DNA of 63,990 bases, filler included, from Malassezia furfur (lineage: Eukaryota), in NCBI GenBank assembly GCA_052055015.1. It is 3 parts of 3 records of this genome, joined end to end, with 100 filler letters (N's around TTAATTAATTAA, not from the genome) between each part and the next. Parts side by side here need not be neighbours in the genome. Positions count along the whole stretch, not along the records: positions 1 to 21,734 come from JBQJIT010000166.1; positions 21,835 to 43,353 come from JBQJIT010000167.1; 1 more part is not named here. One strand, written 5' to 3'. Position 1 is the stretch's first letter; each line of letters begins with the position of its first letter. Positions 11,529 through 22,048 of the stretch are shown here, piece after piece. The notes beneath the pieces were generated by a model, which saw nothing but the letters and a program-made list of their open reading frames with translations, did no database searches and was not told the DNA's origin. A program made the position numbers and the translations under genes.

Positions 11529-12872
11529 ATGCACCTCGAACTCGGCACGCCGCGCGCGCAGCGCGTGCAGGACGCGGTGCAGCGCGTGCTTGTGTCGCGC
11601 GACATGACTGCGAGCGACGATATGGTAATGGCCGAGTATGTCACCGTGATGATCGCGAATCACAAGGGACTCGACGCGATCGCTGAGGAGCTCGGTGAGC
11701 TGGTCGGTGGCGACCTCGATCCGAGCATTCCGCGCGCCATTTGGGACGCGGCGAATGCGGCCGATACACAAGAGACGGCACACGATGCGCGGCGCTCAGC
11801 GTCACCCGTGCCGATGCATGAGGACCGCGCGGCGCGTACGCGCGACGACGACCGCCACGCACGCGTTGAGCGCCCCGAGCGGAACGAACGGCCGGCGAAG
11901 CCTGCGCGTGCGGAGCGCCACGCCGAGCGTCCGCCCGCGCGCGGCGGTCGTGATGCGCCCCGTGCGGCGTCCGAACGTGGGCGCCGGCGCGACCAGGAAC
12001 TCTTCCCCTCGAAACCGCGCGGCAAGATGCAGAGCGATGCCGTGCCGGAGGTGAGCATCTTTGGGCGTGCGGGTGTACCGGACCCCCATGCGGCGCCGTT
12101 TGTGCCCGACATGCCCCCACCCCCGCCCGAGGTCATGGCGATGATGGCGGCGATGGCGCAGGGCCCGTCGCTGTTTTCGCGTTTGGATCCCATGATGCCG
12201 AGCAATCCGCCGCTGGACGTGCAGCAGGCAACGGACGCCGCCTGGACACTGTCGCGTGACCCATCGACGTTCCCCACGCGCCCGTCCGAGACGGCGCTGT
12301 GCCGCTACTCGATCCACTGCACCAATCCGCAGTGTGTGTACAGCCATCCGAGTCCGGCGAATGCGGGCAAACACGGTGATGAGCATGCGCTGGTTCTCAG
12401 TGAAGAAGCGTGCGAGGCCGGTGCGCAGTGCACGGACAAGGAGTGCGTCAAGAGCCACGTGTCGCCCGCGGTCGCGATCCTGAGCAAGCGGCCCTCGGCG
12501 GCTCCGGCGGTCCCGTCGGCGCCGCCGTGCCGATTCCAGGCCGGGTGTTTGAACCCCGGGTGCACGTATGCGCACTACGACGCGCGCGGGCAGCTTGTGC
12601 CGCCGCCCGCGAGCGGAGCAACGCCATGCCGCTTTGGCACGCGGTGCACACGCGCGGACTGTACGTACACCCACCCCACCAAGAGCAAGACGCCGTGTCG
12701 GTACGGCGATGCGTGCACACGTGCCGACTGCATCTTTACGCACCCGCGCGACGGCCCTGCGCGCCCCACGGCGGACCGGCTGAAGCCGTTTGCCGAAGAG
12801 GGCGGGGCCGTGGAGCGCATCCTGCCTGGGCAGACGGACGCGCCGGGCGAGGCGGTGCCTGGCTCGGCCTAG
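11529..12872 (+). CDS. NAB2: Nab2-like poly(A)-binding protein (PWI-like N-terminus, tandem CCCH fingers)
   Basis: DDMVMAEYVTVMIANHK; repeated C-x5-C-x4-C-x3-H fingers (CRYSIHCTNPQCVYSHPS, CRFGTRCTRADCTYTHP). Confidence 0.85.
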   Translation: MHLELGTPRAQRVQDAVQRVLVSRDMTASDDMVMAEYVTVMIANHKGLDAIAEELGELVGGDLDPSIPRAIWDAANAADTQETAHDARRSASPVPMHEDRAARTRDDDRHARVERPERNERPAKPARAERHAERPPARGGRDAPRAASERGRRRDQELFPSKPRGKMQSDAVPEVSIFGRAGVPDPHAAPFVPDMPPPPPEVMAMMAAMAQGPSLFSRLDPMMPSNPPLDVQQATDAAWTLSRDPSTFPTRPSETALCRYSIHCTNPQCVYSHPSPANAGKHGDEHALVLSEEACEAGAQCTDKECVKSHVSPAVAILSKRPSAAPAVPSAPPCRFQAGCLNPGCTYAHYDARGQLVPPPASGATPCRFGTRCTRADCTYTHPTKSKTPCRYGDACTRADCIFTHPRDGPARPTADRLKPFAEEGGAVERILPGQTDAPGEAVPGSA

Positions 12873-12911
12873 ATACCAGTAGTCGTACATAATGCTACAC
12901 AGCGCGGGGTA

Positions 12912-14534
12912 TCAGCGCAGCCCGGCCATTCGGAGGGCCTGCTGCTGCTGCAGCGACGAGAGCTGCGGGAGGAGCGCATCACCGTGCGTCATGGCGGGCG
13001 GCGGCGGCGCCGGCGTGGGCGGTGCGACGCTTCGCGTACGCGGCGGCGTGTCGGCGCTTGGTTCGGGCGTGGGTGGTTCAAGGTACACGCGCGGCGACTC
13101 GCACGAGGCGGTATCGAGCGTGTCGACGCTCGCGATGCGCGGTTGCGCGACAAAACTCACCTGCGACGGGCGGCGCACCTCGGGCGGGACGGCGATGCCG
13201 GGCGGCGGCGCCTCGGGGTCTTTGGTGGGCGACAGACCATTTTTGGCCGAGGCCGAGGACCGGCTCGACGCATGGCGCTGCTCGAGGTCGTTGACAAACT
13301 CTTGGAAGCGGTCCAGCTCGCTCAAGCGCGAGTGGTCCAAGCGGCGCTCGCCGCCGACAACGCGGTGGACGAAGCGCCGCCCTGGGATATCGAAGTCGGG
13401 GTTGTACGTCGACCACACCGCGTCAAACTCGGTCAAGATCATGTTTTGACACATGACGCACATTAACGGCGCATACAGCGTCAGAAAACTTTTGGAGTGG
13501 ATCGAGTTGACCTCTTCGAGGACAAAGTTGACCACGTTGAAGGCGGTCGCCACGAAAAAGTACACCAGTCCATTGGAGATGAGGCGCGCCAGCAGCGGCG
13601 TAAGCGTCGACCACCAGTGCATTGCACCGCGCACCGCGTGGTACGGAAAGGTAGCCATGGGCAGCAGCTGCGCCGGCACGCGCTTGAGCACATCGGCGGC
13701 CGACGAGCGGCGCGAGTTGGACTCGTCGTTCGGCGTAAGCATGTCGTGCTCCTCCTTTTCTTGCTGCCGCCGGCGGTGCTCCTCAAAGGGATCTTTAAAT
13801 ACGGGCATGTCGAGGTTGCGGCCCATATTGGCATAATAGACCAGCTTGTAGGACGATAGTACCATGGTCACCGTGTCAAAGATCATGCTGATCAGGTAAA
13901 ACCACTTTACCGTGTTGATCGAGCGTGGATCCTTGCCTTTGTCCACCGGCTCCATCGCCGGGCGGCACGCACCGGTGAGCGTCACCGCGTCCTGCGACTG
14001 GTACAGCAGACCGACGCTCGTCGCGAACAGCGCAAGAGAAAACACCACCAGAAACACCACCACCCACCGCCGCCGCCGCCAGATTGCAATTGTACGCCAT
14101 GAGAAAATGCACGCAACGAGGAACTGTACCACAGCGACCGTAATCTGCTCCTCACGCGGACAGTCGTCGCTGCTCTTAAAGTGGTGCCAGAGCGCGTACG
14201 CCGGCACAATCAGCGCAGGGATCGTACCGTAGCGGATGAGCAGGAAGAGGATCACCTGGGGCCGCTTAATCATGTGTTTACGGTACATATACAGCTCGCG
14301 CGGCAGCGTGCGCATGTACTCCCACGCGTACAGCGTCAGACTCGCGACGGTGATGTAGTTGGCGACCTGCACCTGTTCGTCAAACTGCTGCTCGGACAGC
14401 GAGCGCGAGGTCGTCGGGTCGTTGTACGATAGCCCATCACTACTATCGAGGTTGACAGGCACCGTGTAGTTGCCGGACACGATACCCAGCAGCGCCCACG
14501 CCAGCGCTAGCCAGACTCGCCCGCGCCGTCGCAT
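12912..14534 (-). CDS. Multi-pass membrane protein with DUF6533-like N-terminal module (fungal GPCR-like), signal peptide, Pro-rich tail
   Basis: YITVASLTLYAWEYMRTLPREL..ILFLLIRY pattern; about 7 hydrophobic helices; IFDTVTMVLS and GLVYF motifs. Confidence 0.65.
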   Translation of the reverse strand: MRRRGRVWLALAWALLGIVSGNYTVPVNLDSSDGLSYNDPTTSRSLSEQQFDEQVQVANYITVASLTLYAWEYMRTLPRELYMYRKHMIKRPQVILFLLIRYGTIPALIVPAYALWHHFKSSDDCPREEQITVAVVQFLVACIFSWRTIAIWRRRRWVVVFLVVFSLALFATSVGLLYQSQDAVTLTGACRPAMEPVDKGKDPRSINTVKWFYLISMIFDTVTMVLSSYKLVYYANMGRNLDMPVFKDPFEEHRRRQQEKEEHDMLTPNDESNSRRSSAADVLKRVPAQLLPMATFPYHAVRGAMHWWSTLTPLLARLISNGLVYFFVATAFNVVNFVLEEVNSIHSKSFLTLYAPLMCVMCQNMILTEFDAVWSTYNPDFDIPGRRFVHRVVGGERRLDHSRLSELDRFQEFVNDLEQRHASSRSSASAKNGLSPTKDPEAPPPGIAVPPEVRRPSQVSFVAQPRIASVDTLDTASCESPRVYLEPPTPEPSADTPPRTRSVAPPTPAPPPPAMTHGDALLPQLSSLQQQQALRMAGLR

Positions 14535-14594
14535 CGTGGCCGAACACTGCCTCGCTGCAAAACCTCCACATGGACTTGCCCTCGCCGGCCGGCG

Positions 14595-17353
14595 CTAGGC
14601 GCCGAACAGGGGCGCCTTGCCGACCAGCGCTACGTAGGTGCGATGGTAGAAGAAGGAGCGCATGCCGCCTCGCAGCTCAGCCTCGCGCAATCCATCGTTG
14701 ATCGTGGGTGCATGTGCGCACGTAGGAGCACGCGTCCATGTAAACGGCGCCAGGCGCAGTGAGAATGGCGCACCGTCGCGGCGGCATTGGTTTTCGACCT
14801 CGCGCAGCGCGCGCGAGAGCATGCGTGGCTCACTCGTGAGTACCACGGCATACGTGTAGGGCGCAAGGGCGTGGAGCACCGTCGTCATGCGCTCCACCGC
14901 CAGGGGGAAGAGCGTCGCGTGCGGCACCTCGCGTGCTTTTTCGGGCAGCTCCACCACTGCGCCCTGCAACGTGCCGTCAGCGGGCGCCTCGTCCAGCACG
15001 GCACGCACGCCATGTACATGCAACTCATCCAGCAGCGCATCGGCGAGCGCGTGATCGGCGCTCTGCAACGTGCTGACACGGACGTCAGCGTTTGCGGCCT
15101 CATCGTCCGTGACCGGTAGCAGTCCGGCGATCGCACACCCTCGCGCCCGCGCAATGGTTGCGCGTGTCTCTTCAGGTGTACCGGGAGCACCAGGAGTAAC
15201 GTGCAGCTGGAACAGCAACGATCCACCGGGGTTGCCCTGCCGCGACCGAGGGCCGGACTGCAGCGACTCGTCGACGCCGAAACGCGGCGAAAACGACATC
15301 TTGACGAGCACCTGTGCCCCCTTACGCACGCGTTCCCATGCACCAGGACGCACGGAAGTAAGCCACGCACGCACAAGGGTCGCCAGGTGCTCTTCAAGCG
15401 CCGACGTACTTAGTGTTGGGAACACGTACGAACTGCGGTCGACGGCCACGGCAAACGTCCGGTCGGTGCCAATGTCGTACGCCGCCAGTACTTCGGCGCG
15501 TATCATGTCATCGCACGCCCAAGCTTCGGTGAGGTACGCCAAGAGCGCCTCTTCGCTGGAGGTCGGCTGCGCGTTCACTTCGTGCCCGGCATGGCCGGCG
15601 CCGAGAGTCTCGGCACGCTCGGCAAAGAGCGCATCAAGTAACGGCTGCGGCAGAATGTGTCGGCCCATGTCGTAGTACGCGGCGAGCACGCTCGGCAGCT
15701 GCGCCGCGCGATACAGGTGCACCAGATCACCTGCGACACGCGACGCATCAACACGCACGACTCCCGAGTGCAGCGCAGACTCAAGCGCGACGGGTGCCTC
15801 AATAGCGACACGCGCAAGCAGCTCACGCTGTGCGACATCCTCGAGGCCGCGTGGGACGTCGAGCAAGAGCGCCGGCGCTACTTGCGTTCCCGCATCGCAT
15901 GGGCGCGCAGGGCGTTCGACAATTGTCGAGGGCATCGTCAATGCGCCGTCGATGCGGCGGTGGGCCCCGCCTTTCCCCACGTCGACGCCCTGGTGATGCG
16001 AGAGGAGCGGCCAGTCGGGCAGGCGGCGGTCGCTCGTAGCGTGCGCATCTTGCCACGTTTCCGTCGCCCACCACGGCAGCTCGTCCTCAAATGACCATGC
16101 GTCCGTCCAATACTTGATGGCGTGCAGGTAGATGTACAGCTCGTCCGGCGTGGGGTCCGGCAACAGGGGGATGCGGCACACCTCGCACACCTCAGTGTCC
16201 ATTGGCGCCGTATCCGCGGGCGGCGCAGGCGCGGGCTGCCCGTTGGGGCCGGGTACATCTACCGTTTCGTACTGCATCTGGCGATTGATGGTGCCAAACA
16301 GCACGTCGTCGCGCCAGCGCGCCCAACCCTCGGAGTCGTCGCGTGCACCTTTGAGCGCGGCGAGCACGCGCTCGACCTCGACATTGCCCGACTCGCCACC
16401 GACGCGCTCATAGTGCCGCGGTTGGGCTGTAGAGAGGACATCGCGGTCAACCGACGCCCAGACAGGGTGGTTGTACAGCGGATCGTTGCTGATGGGATGG
16501 CCTAACCATTGCGCGTGTACACGAATCTGGTGCGTGCGCCCAGTGATGGGCCGGCACATGACCACGCTCGTGTCTGTCTTGGGGTCATACGAGAGGAGTT
16601 GAAACAGCGTACGACAGTCCTTGCCCTTAGGGTGCACAATGTTCAGGCCGCTCTGTCGGTCGACGGCGAGAATCGGCTCGCGGCAGTCGATCGTATCCGG
16701 CGGAAACTGACCGACCACACGGCACACGTACGCTTTGTTCACGAGGCCTGCATTAAAATCGTTGCCGAGCTGCGCCGCTGCCTCCTTGGTCGTGGAGCAC
16801 ACCATGATCCCAGACGTGAGTCGGTCGAGGCGGTTGCTCGTAAACACCTGGTCAAGACCCGTCTGCTCCTTGACCATTTCCACGAGCGTGTGTCGGTGGT
16901 AGCGCCCCGTAGAATGCACGGGGATGCTTCCCGGCTTGACGACCACCAACCGCCCCTGCTGGTCGTCGCGATGCAGGATGCGCACCGGCGCATCGGTCAC
17001 GGCCGGCTCGTGACGGTGCACCTTGTTGCTGGGTAAGCCAAACACGTACACAATCAAGTCGCTGTTTTGGATACGGTACGTCGGCGTAACCGACCCGCCA
17101 TTCACCGTGCACAGACCTGCATCAGAGGAAGTGACCTACCATTATAAATAGCCCAGGTCTGGGTCAGCGCTTCCTACCACGTACATAATACTCCTTTGTT
17201 CGGTCGCGAAACTCGGTTGTAAATACCTCGAGGATCTGCCGGCCATACCAGCGTGTCTTTGCACGCGTCTTGTACTCATACCTGCGTTAGCAGAACCGCT
17301 TACCAGTACGGCGACAGGCGCCGAAGCCCAGGCGCCGCGGCACTTTCGGCCAT
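14595..17353 (-). CDS. RluA-family pseudouridine synthase (Rib2/Pus9-like) with a long extra C-terminal region; introns 17282-17303, 17159-17184, 17117-17139
   Basis: Spliced N-terminus [64 protein letters not shown] (catalytic Asp), [26 protein letters not shown]. Confidence 0.9.
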
Positions 17354-17372
17354 GGTACGAAAAATGGCTTAG

Positions 17373-18540
17373 TCAGCGCGCTTCTCTACGGGGGGGCGCA
17401 CAGAGCACCAGCTGCTCGGGGTTTGTGTACATGGCCAGGTGCGCGGCGACAATACGTGCGGCCGACTTGGCATCGATGCGGTGTGTGGCAAGGGTACGAC
17501 GCTGCATTAGGGGTTCACGTACAAACACGACACAGGTGCCTGCGTATGCGGCCTGGAAACACGGGTCAAAGTCGCGCTCACTCCGCTCCATGCCGCTGCC
17601 AACCAACTGGTAGCGTACGAGGCGTTTGATCAGCGCGCGGTTGGTTTCTTCAGCGTTATCGACACTGGGCGCACCAGGTGCAGGTAGGGCCGCTGCGACG
17701 GGCGAGTACGTTGCATCTGGCGCACTAGTCATACTCCGCGCCGGGCGCTTTTCGCCGCGCCGACCAGGCGTATGGCCCGTGTGTCGCACGCGGTCTGGAC
17801 TTAGCTCAACGTGGCCTCGTCTCCGCACGCGCACGTCCAGGGCCGTGGTACGCTCGTCGTCACTCGAGTCCCGGGCAGAGAGACTGGGACGCCGCGCGCG
17901 CGGCAGGGGGTCGTCGGGCCGTGGGGCAGGAGTTTCGGTGCGTGCGCGCTCATTTGGTTCCTTGCGCTTGGGTACGGCCCGGCCAATGACCAAGTCGAGC
18001 GTTGTAGCATCGCCGTGGGACGACCGTGCCGTCACAATGAGCTCGAGTGCACCGCGGCTATGCAATGCAGTCCGGCGAATGGCAGTCAGGTCGCTCGCAT
18101 GCTCCGACACGCTGGGGTCATATACGAGCGTCAAAGTTTGGCTCGAGGGTATACAGAAGCGTTGAGCAAAGTAGGAGACCGTAAAGGGATGTGCCGGGTC
18201 CAGGTGCCTAGGGTCAGTCGAGGTTCACGCACAATTGAATGGCGCCAGATGCATCCACGATGCTCGGCTCCGTCGCCTGCGAGTCGGCGGGCCGGACACA
18301 CAGAGCGTGATGGCGCACCATTTCGAGCGCGAGACACAACTCGGCTTCGGCTTCCAGCGCGCCTGTCGCTGCGTGCTCGGTGGTATGAAGGTGCGCCCAC
18401 GGATGCATGATGGTCACAATGCTGGCGCCTGGCAAGCACGTTCCGTCGTGCAAGATGAGACTGCCGCGCCAGAGCACGCGTGGCCGCTTACTGGGCGACG
18501 CGCCGAGCTGGGGCGTCGACGCGTCGGCCTCGCGCTCCAT
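17373..18540 (-). CDS. Sld7-like protein (C-terminal Sld7 domain); introns 18208-18232 and probable in-frame 17502-17522
   Basis: C-terminus NRALIKRLVRYQL..G..DFDPCFQAAYAG..FRR..IVAAHLAMY resembles Sld7_C; the 25-nt intron joins ORF 18214 to ORF 17373. Confidence 0.55.
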
Positions 18541-18569
18541 AGTGGAGGTCACCTCCAAGCTGTGCGTCG

Positions 18570-19886
18570 ATGCCACGCCTTTTGCCTGCGCTCCGCGGGC
18601 GTGCGGCGCGTGCCATCCGCGCCGCCGCACCTGACAGCAGCACAACGCCCAAGTTTGCCCCACGGACGTCGTTCACGTTCCCTGCGTCGGTGCCGTCGTG
18701 GTACATTGGCCACATGCACCGCGCAATGCGCTCGCTTCCTGCGATGCTTAGCCGCACTCCGCCGCCGCTCGTGATCGAAGTGCGCGATGCACGGCTGCCA
18801 CTCACCAGCATCAACCCCCATTTTGAGCGGGTGCTACAAGAAGCGCCTAAAGCGCATGAACGCGTCCGTGTCGCACCCGGCCAGCGCCTGCCTGCCTGGC
18901 GTGCACGCCGGTTGGTCGTGTATGCCAAGCGCGACTTGATTGACCGGGCGCTCGAGCAGCCGCTGACCAGTGCACTGCATGCACACGGTCAGGACGTTGT
19001 GTTTGCCGAGACGCGGCGCAAGAGCGACGTTCAGCACATCTACAACTGGGTGTGTGCCCGTGCCAAGTTACTGGGCCAAGAGGTTGCCCGTGCCGCGTCG
19101 CGTGCATCGCGGCTGTACCGCCCGTCGCGCATGTCTGGTGCTGCGCGCTATACGCCGACGCCCGAGACAGGTGTTCGTCTGTTGATTGTCGGCATGCCCA
19201 ACGTCGGCAAGAGCTCGCTGTTGAACGCCCTGCGCTTTGTAGGCACGGGCAAAAAAGGGGCGGCCAGTACGCACCCCCACCCAGGCCATACGCGCAAGGT
19301 CACGGGCACGATCCGCATCACGCCTGCCCCCCCATCGCTGAACGAGTTGGAGGCGGATGGCGGGGCGGTGGATCTCAAGGCCATTGTGGCACAGCAGGCA
19401 CGGCAGGCACCTGCTGTGTACGTGTACGATACCCCTGGCATCATGGTGCCGCATTTTTCGTCGAGTGATGGTCGTGGCCCCGAGCGTGCGCTGAAGCTGG
19501 CGGTCGCTGGGTGTATGAAACAGACGTTGTTTGACCCTGAGGTGCTGGTCGACTATCTACTCTACCGTATGAATCAGCGCTACCTGCACACTGCGGCTCT
19601 TGATTCGCAGCTTCCGCCATATACCACACTCATGGTGGAACCGCACCTTACGGACGATGTCCACGTATACCTGCGGAGTGTGGCGGAGCGTGCGCCGGGG
19701 GCCAAGCAACGGGGTGGCGAGCTGAGTCTTTCGGTGGCCGCCGAGTACGTCCTAGAGCAATTCCGCCGCGGCGCGCTCGGGGATCGCGAGCTGGATCTCG
19801 ACCTCGACCCCACGGCGGCCACCCCGCGCGCGGATCAGATCCGCACGCGCGTCGATACAGCCATGGCCGAGATCGGGGCAGCGTGA
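18570..19886 (+). CDS. MTG1: Mitochondrial ribosome-associated circularly permuted GTPase
   Basis: SWYIGHMHRAM, IEVRDARLPLTSINP, VGMPNVGKSSLLNALR, PGHTR, YDTPGIM. Confidence 0.92.
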   Translation: MPRLLPALRGRAARAIRAAAPDSSTTPKFAPRTSFTFPASVPSWYIGHMHRAMRSLPAMLSRTPPPLVIEVRDARLPLTSINPHFERVLQEAPKAHERVRVAPGQRLPAWRARRLVVYAKRDLIDRALEQPLTSALHAHGQDVVFAETRRKSDVQHIYNWVCARAKLLGQEVARAASRASRLYRPSRMSGAARYTPTPETGVRLLIVGMPNVGKSSLLNALRFVGTGKKGAASTHPHPGHTRKVTGTIRITPAPPSLNELEADGGAVDLKAIVAQQARQAPAVYVYDTPGIMVPHFSSSDGRGPERALKLAVAGCMKQTLFDPEVLVDYLLYRMNQRYLHTAALDSQLPPYTTLMVEPHLTDDVHVYLRSVAERAPGAKQRGGELSLSVAAEYVLEQFRRGALGDRELDLDLDPTAATPRADQIRTRVDTAMAEIGAA

Positions 19887-20105
19887 CCAGTCGAGTTGAG
19901 AAGTTAGATTTTCATTGCAGGCGCATGCAGGGGTGCATAATTATGCAGAAGAGGGGGCCGATGCCGCAATCCTCCACGGCGCCGTGGCGCGGCAGACGCG
20001 CAGAGCAATTTGCGGCCTCGGGCGTACGCCTTGGGGTCTTTGTTTGCACTCATCGTACACGGTCGCGGGCGACGTGCAAAGTCGAGGGCTCGTTTGTGGG
20101 AAACC

Positions 20106-21650
20106 ATGCAAAAAACGCTCCTCCTTCTCGCTGTGCTCAGTGCACTGGCCAGCAGCAGTGCCTCGGAGCGGCCAAGCGCGCCGACCTCGGTGCCCGAGCG
20201 CGTCGAGGCATGGAACGGCGCGCGCGTCGGTCATGCGGGCGGCCCCGGCGCAGCATCACCCAAAGTGGTGCGGCGGCATTTGCGGCACCGCCGGCGACTG
20301 CCAGACATTGCGTCGCTGATTCCCGGCCTCAACCTCGCGTCGTCGCTGTGGGCCGGCGAGTTTACGACGATCCCTGTCACGCAGCCCGCCGAGCGTTCTT
20401 CGTCAGCACGCAACACGCGCGGTAGCGATAACGGCGGGCAGCGCACCCAGGGCTCCAACGGGAACCGTGGGGACAGCAGTAGCGGCGGAGACCAGCGCCG
20501 CACGAGCAACCGCGCGTCGAGCACCTACGGCAACGGCAACAACAACGGCAACACACAGGGCGCCAACGGCAGCAACTCGCGCTCGCAGAGCAGTGAAAAT
20601 GGCACCTCGCGTACGTCGTCGAATGGGAATGGCGGTGCGGGCGCCGCGTCGACGACCGCGTCGCGTACGCGGTCGAGTGCTTCGCCGACGTCAAGTTCGC
20701 GAGCGGCGACTACCGTGGTGACGAGTACCGACACGCAAGGCGCGTCACAGGGCAACTCGGTGGTGACATCACAAGTCAGTGTCACGGGTACACCGACGTC
20801 GCAACCTGCCCAGCCGCAAAAGAAGGAGAATCACACGGGCCTGATTGCGGGCGTCAGTACCGCCGGCGGTGTGGTGCTGCTGGCGATCATCGGTGTCGTG
20901 ATTGCGAAGCTGTTCGGCCGGCGCATTGTACGCTCTTTCCGCAACGACGAGATCAAGTGGCCCGAGATGCAGCAGGACGCGACGGCACCGCACGCCCCGC
21001 TGCCCGCGCGGCAGACAGGCGGCGCCGGTTTCGACATGGGCGGTGAGTCGGACGACGAGGGCAACGAGCGCACCATGCACGATGATTCCTTTAAGCCCGC
21101 CGAGTCTTTTGGAAACGGCTCGCTGCTCCAGGGTTCCGCGCCAGCGATGCAGCCGGTGCAGTATCCCGCAGACGAGACGTACATGCAGGGTGTTGGGGCC
21201 GGAGGCGACGCGTATACGTCGAGCTACGTGGGTACTGCACCACCCACGACGCACGTCGAGGGCCTTGTGCCCGGCGCCGTGGTGTCGCACGCAAGTACCA
21301 GTGCGCCGCGCGACGCGACGGGCGCCGAGGTGCCGGCCGCGCTGCAGCCAGCGCACGCGCGGCGCCCCAGTGCCAAGGGCAGCTATGCGGCCGCGGCGGT
21401 GCCGCAGCAGTACCTGGACGTGGACCAAAGCAACTCGTACGAGACCTACTCGCAGGCGACGGACCAGCACGGCTACCCCGTGAGTGCGATTGCCGAGGTA
21501 TATGGTGACGCACCGCCATACGCTGAAACGGAAACCCACTATGGCGTGGCGGCGCACGACATCTACGATGCTGCGGGCGGCTCGCCGTACGAGGCGGACG
21601 CATACGTCCCGCACTCGTACGCTAACTCCTCTGCACACCACCACGGCTAG
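20106..21650 (+). CDS. Type I membrane protein, Mid2/mucin-like cell-surface sensor
   Basis: Signal peptide MQKTLLLLAVLSALA, S/T/N/G-rich ectodomain, single TM (GLIAGVSTAGGVVLLAIIGVVIAKLF) followed by basic residues, Tyr-rich cytoplasmic tail. Confidence 0.7.
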   Translation: MQKTLLLLAVLSALASSSASERPSAPTSVPERVEAWNGARVGHAGGPGAASPKVVRRHLRHRRRLPDIASLIPGLNLASSLWAGEFTTIPVTQPAERSSSARNTRGSDNGGQRTQGSNGNRGDSSSGGDQRRTSNRASSTYGNGNNNGNTQGANGSNSRSQSSENGTSRTSSNGNGGAGAASTTASRTRSSASPTSSSRAATTVVTSTDTQGASQGNSVVTSQVSVTGTPTSQPAQPQKKENHTGLIAGVSTAGGVVLLAIIGVVIAKLFGRRIVRSFRNDEIKWPEMQQDATAPHAPLPARQTGGAGFDMGGESDDEGNERTMHDDSFKPAESFGNGSLLQGSAPAMQPVQYPADETYMQGVGAGGDAYTSSYVGTAPPTTHVEGLVPGAVVSHASTSAPRDATGAEVPAALQPAHARRPSAKGSYAAAAVPQQYLDVDQSNSYETYSQATDQHGYPVSAIAEVYGDAPPYAETETHYGVAAHDIYDAAGGSPYEADAYVPHSYANSSAHHHG

Positions 21651-21734
21651 ATGGCCACCGCGGCGTGGTCTGTGCAGGCTCATGAGTCCCTTGCACTCTT
21701 TCCCCCACCCCCCTTCGGTAGATTACGGTGACGA

Positions 21735-21834
21735 NNNNNNNNNNNNNNNNNNNNNNNNNNNNNNNNNNNNNNNNNNNNTTAATTAATTAANNNNNNNNNN
21801 NNNNNNNNNNNNNNNNNNNNNNNNNNNNNNNNNN
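21735..21834. other. Artificial contig spacer (44 N + TTAATTAATTAA + 44 N)
   Basis: Exact 100-nt symmetric structure with six-frame stop linker; repeated identically at 43354. Confidence 0.97.
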
Positions 21835-21882
21835 TACATCAGCTGCTCGGATAAGATCCCGGTTCGATTCCGGGTTGGACTA
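21835..21882 (+). tRNA. 3' half of a tRNA gene truncated by the contig edge (isotype not assignable)
   Basis: T-arm CCCGG-TTCGATT-CCGGG (21858-21874, B-box GGTTCGATTCC), 7-nt acceptor 3' strand TTGGACT + A, then TTTTT Pol III terminator at 21885-21889. Confidence 0.8.
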
Positions 21883-22048
21883 CATTTTTCCCTCCCTTTT
21901 CTCTCCCCCTTCGCCCGACTCGCACCAACCACGAGAGGTCTATTGAGATAGTGACCTACACAATGCGCTTGCGATCCGCAACGCTTACACCCACTCGCAT
22001 AGGTTAGCCACACACACTGTACATTCCATCGATCCTATATACAAAAAT

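Noticed and set aside
21779..21790. TTAATTAATTAA palindrome as a biological element (for example a piggyBac TTAA site or PacI site)
   Set aside because: Centred in an exact 100-nt N spacer and repeated at 43398; an artificial contig linker, so adjacency across it is meaningless
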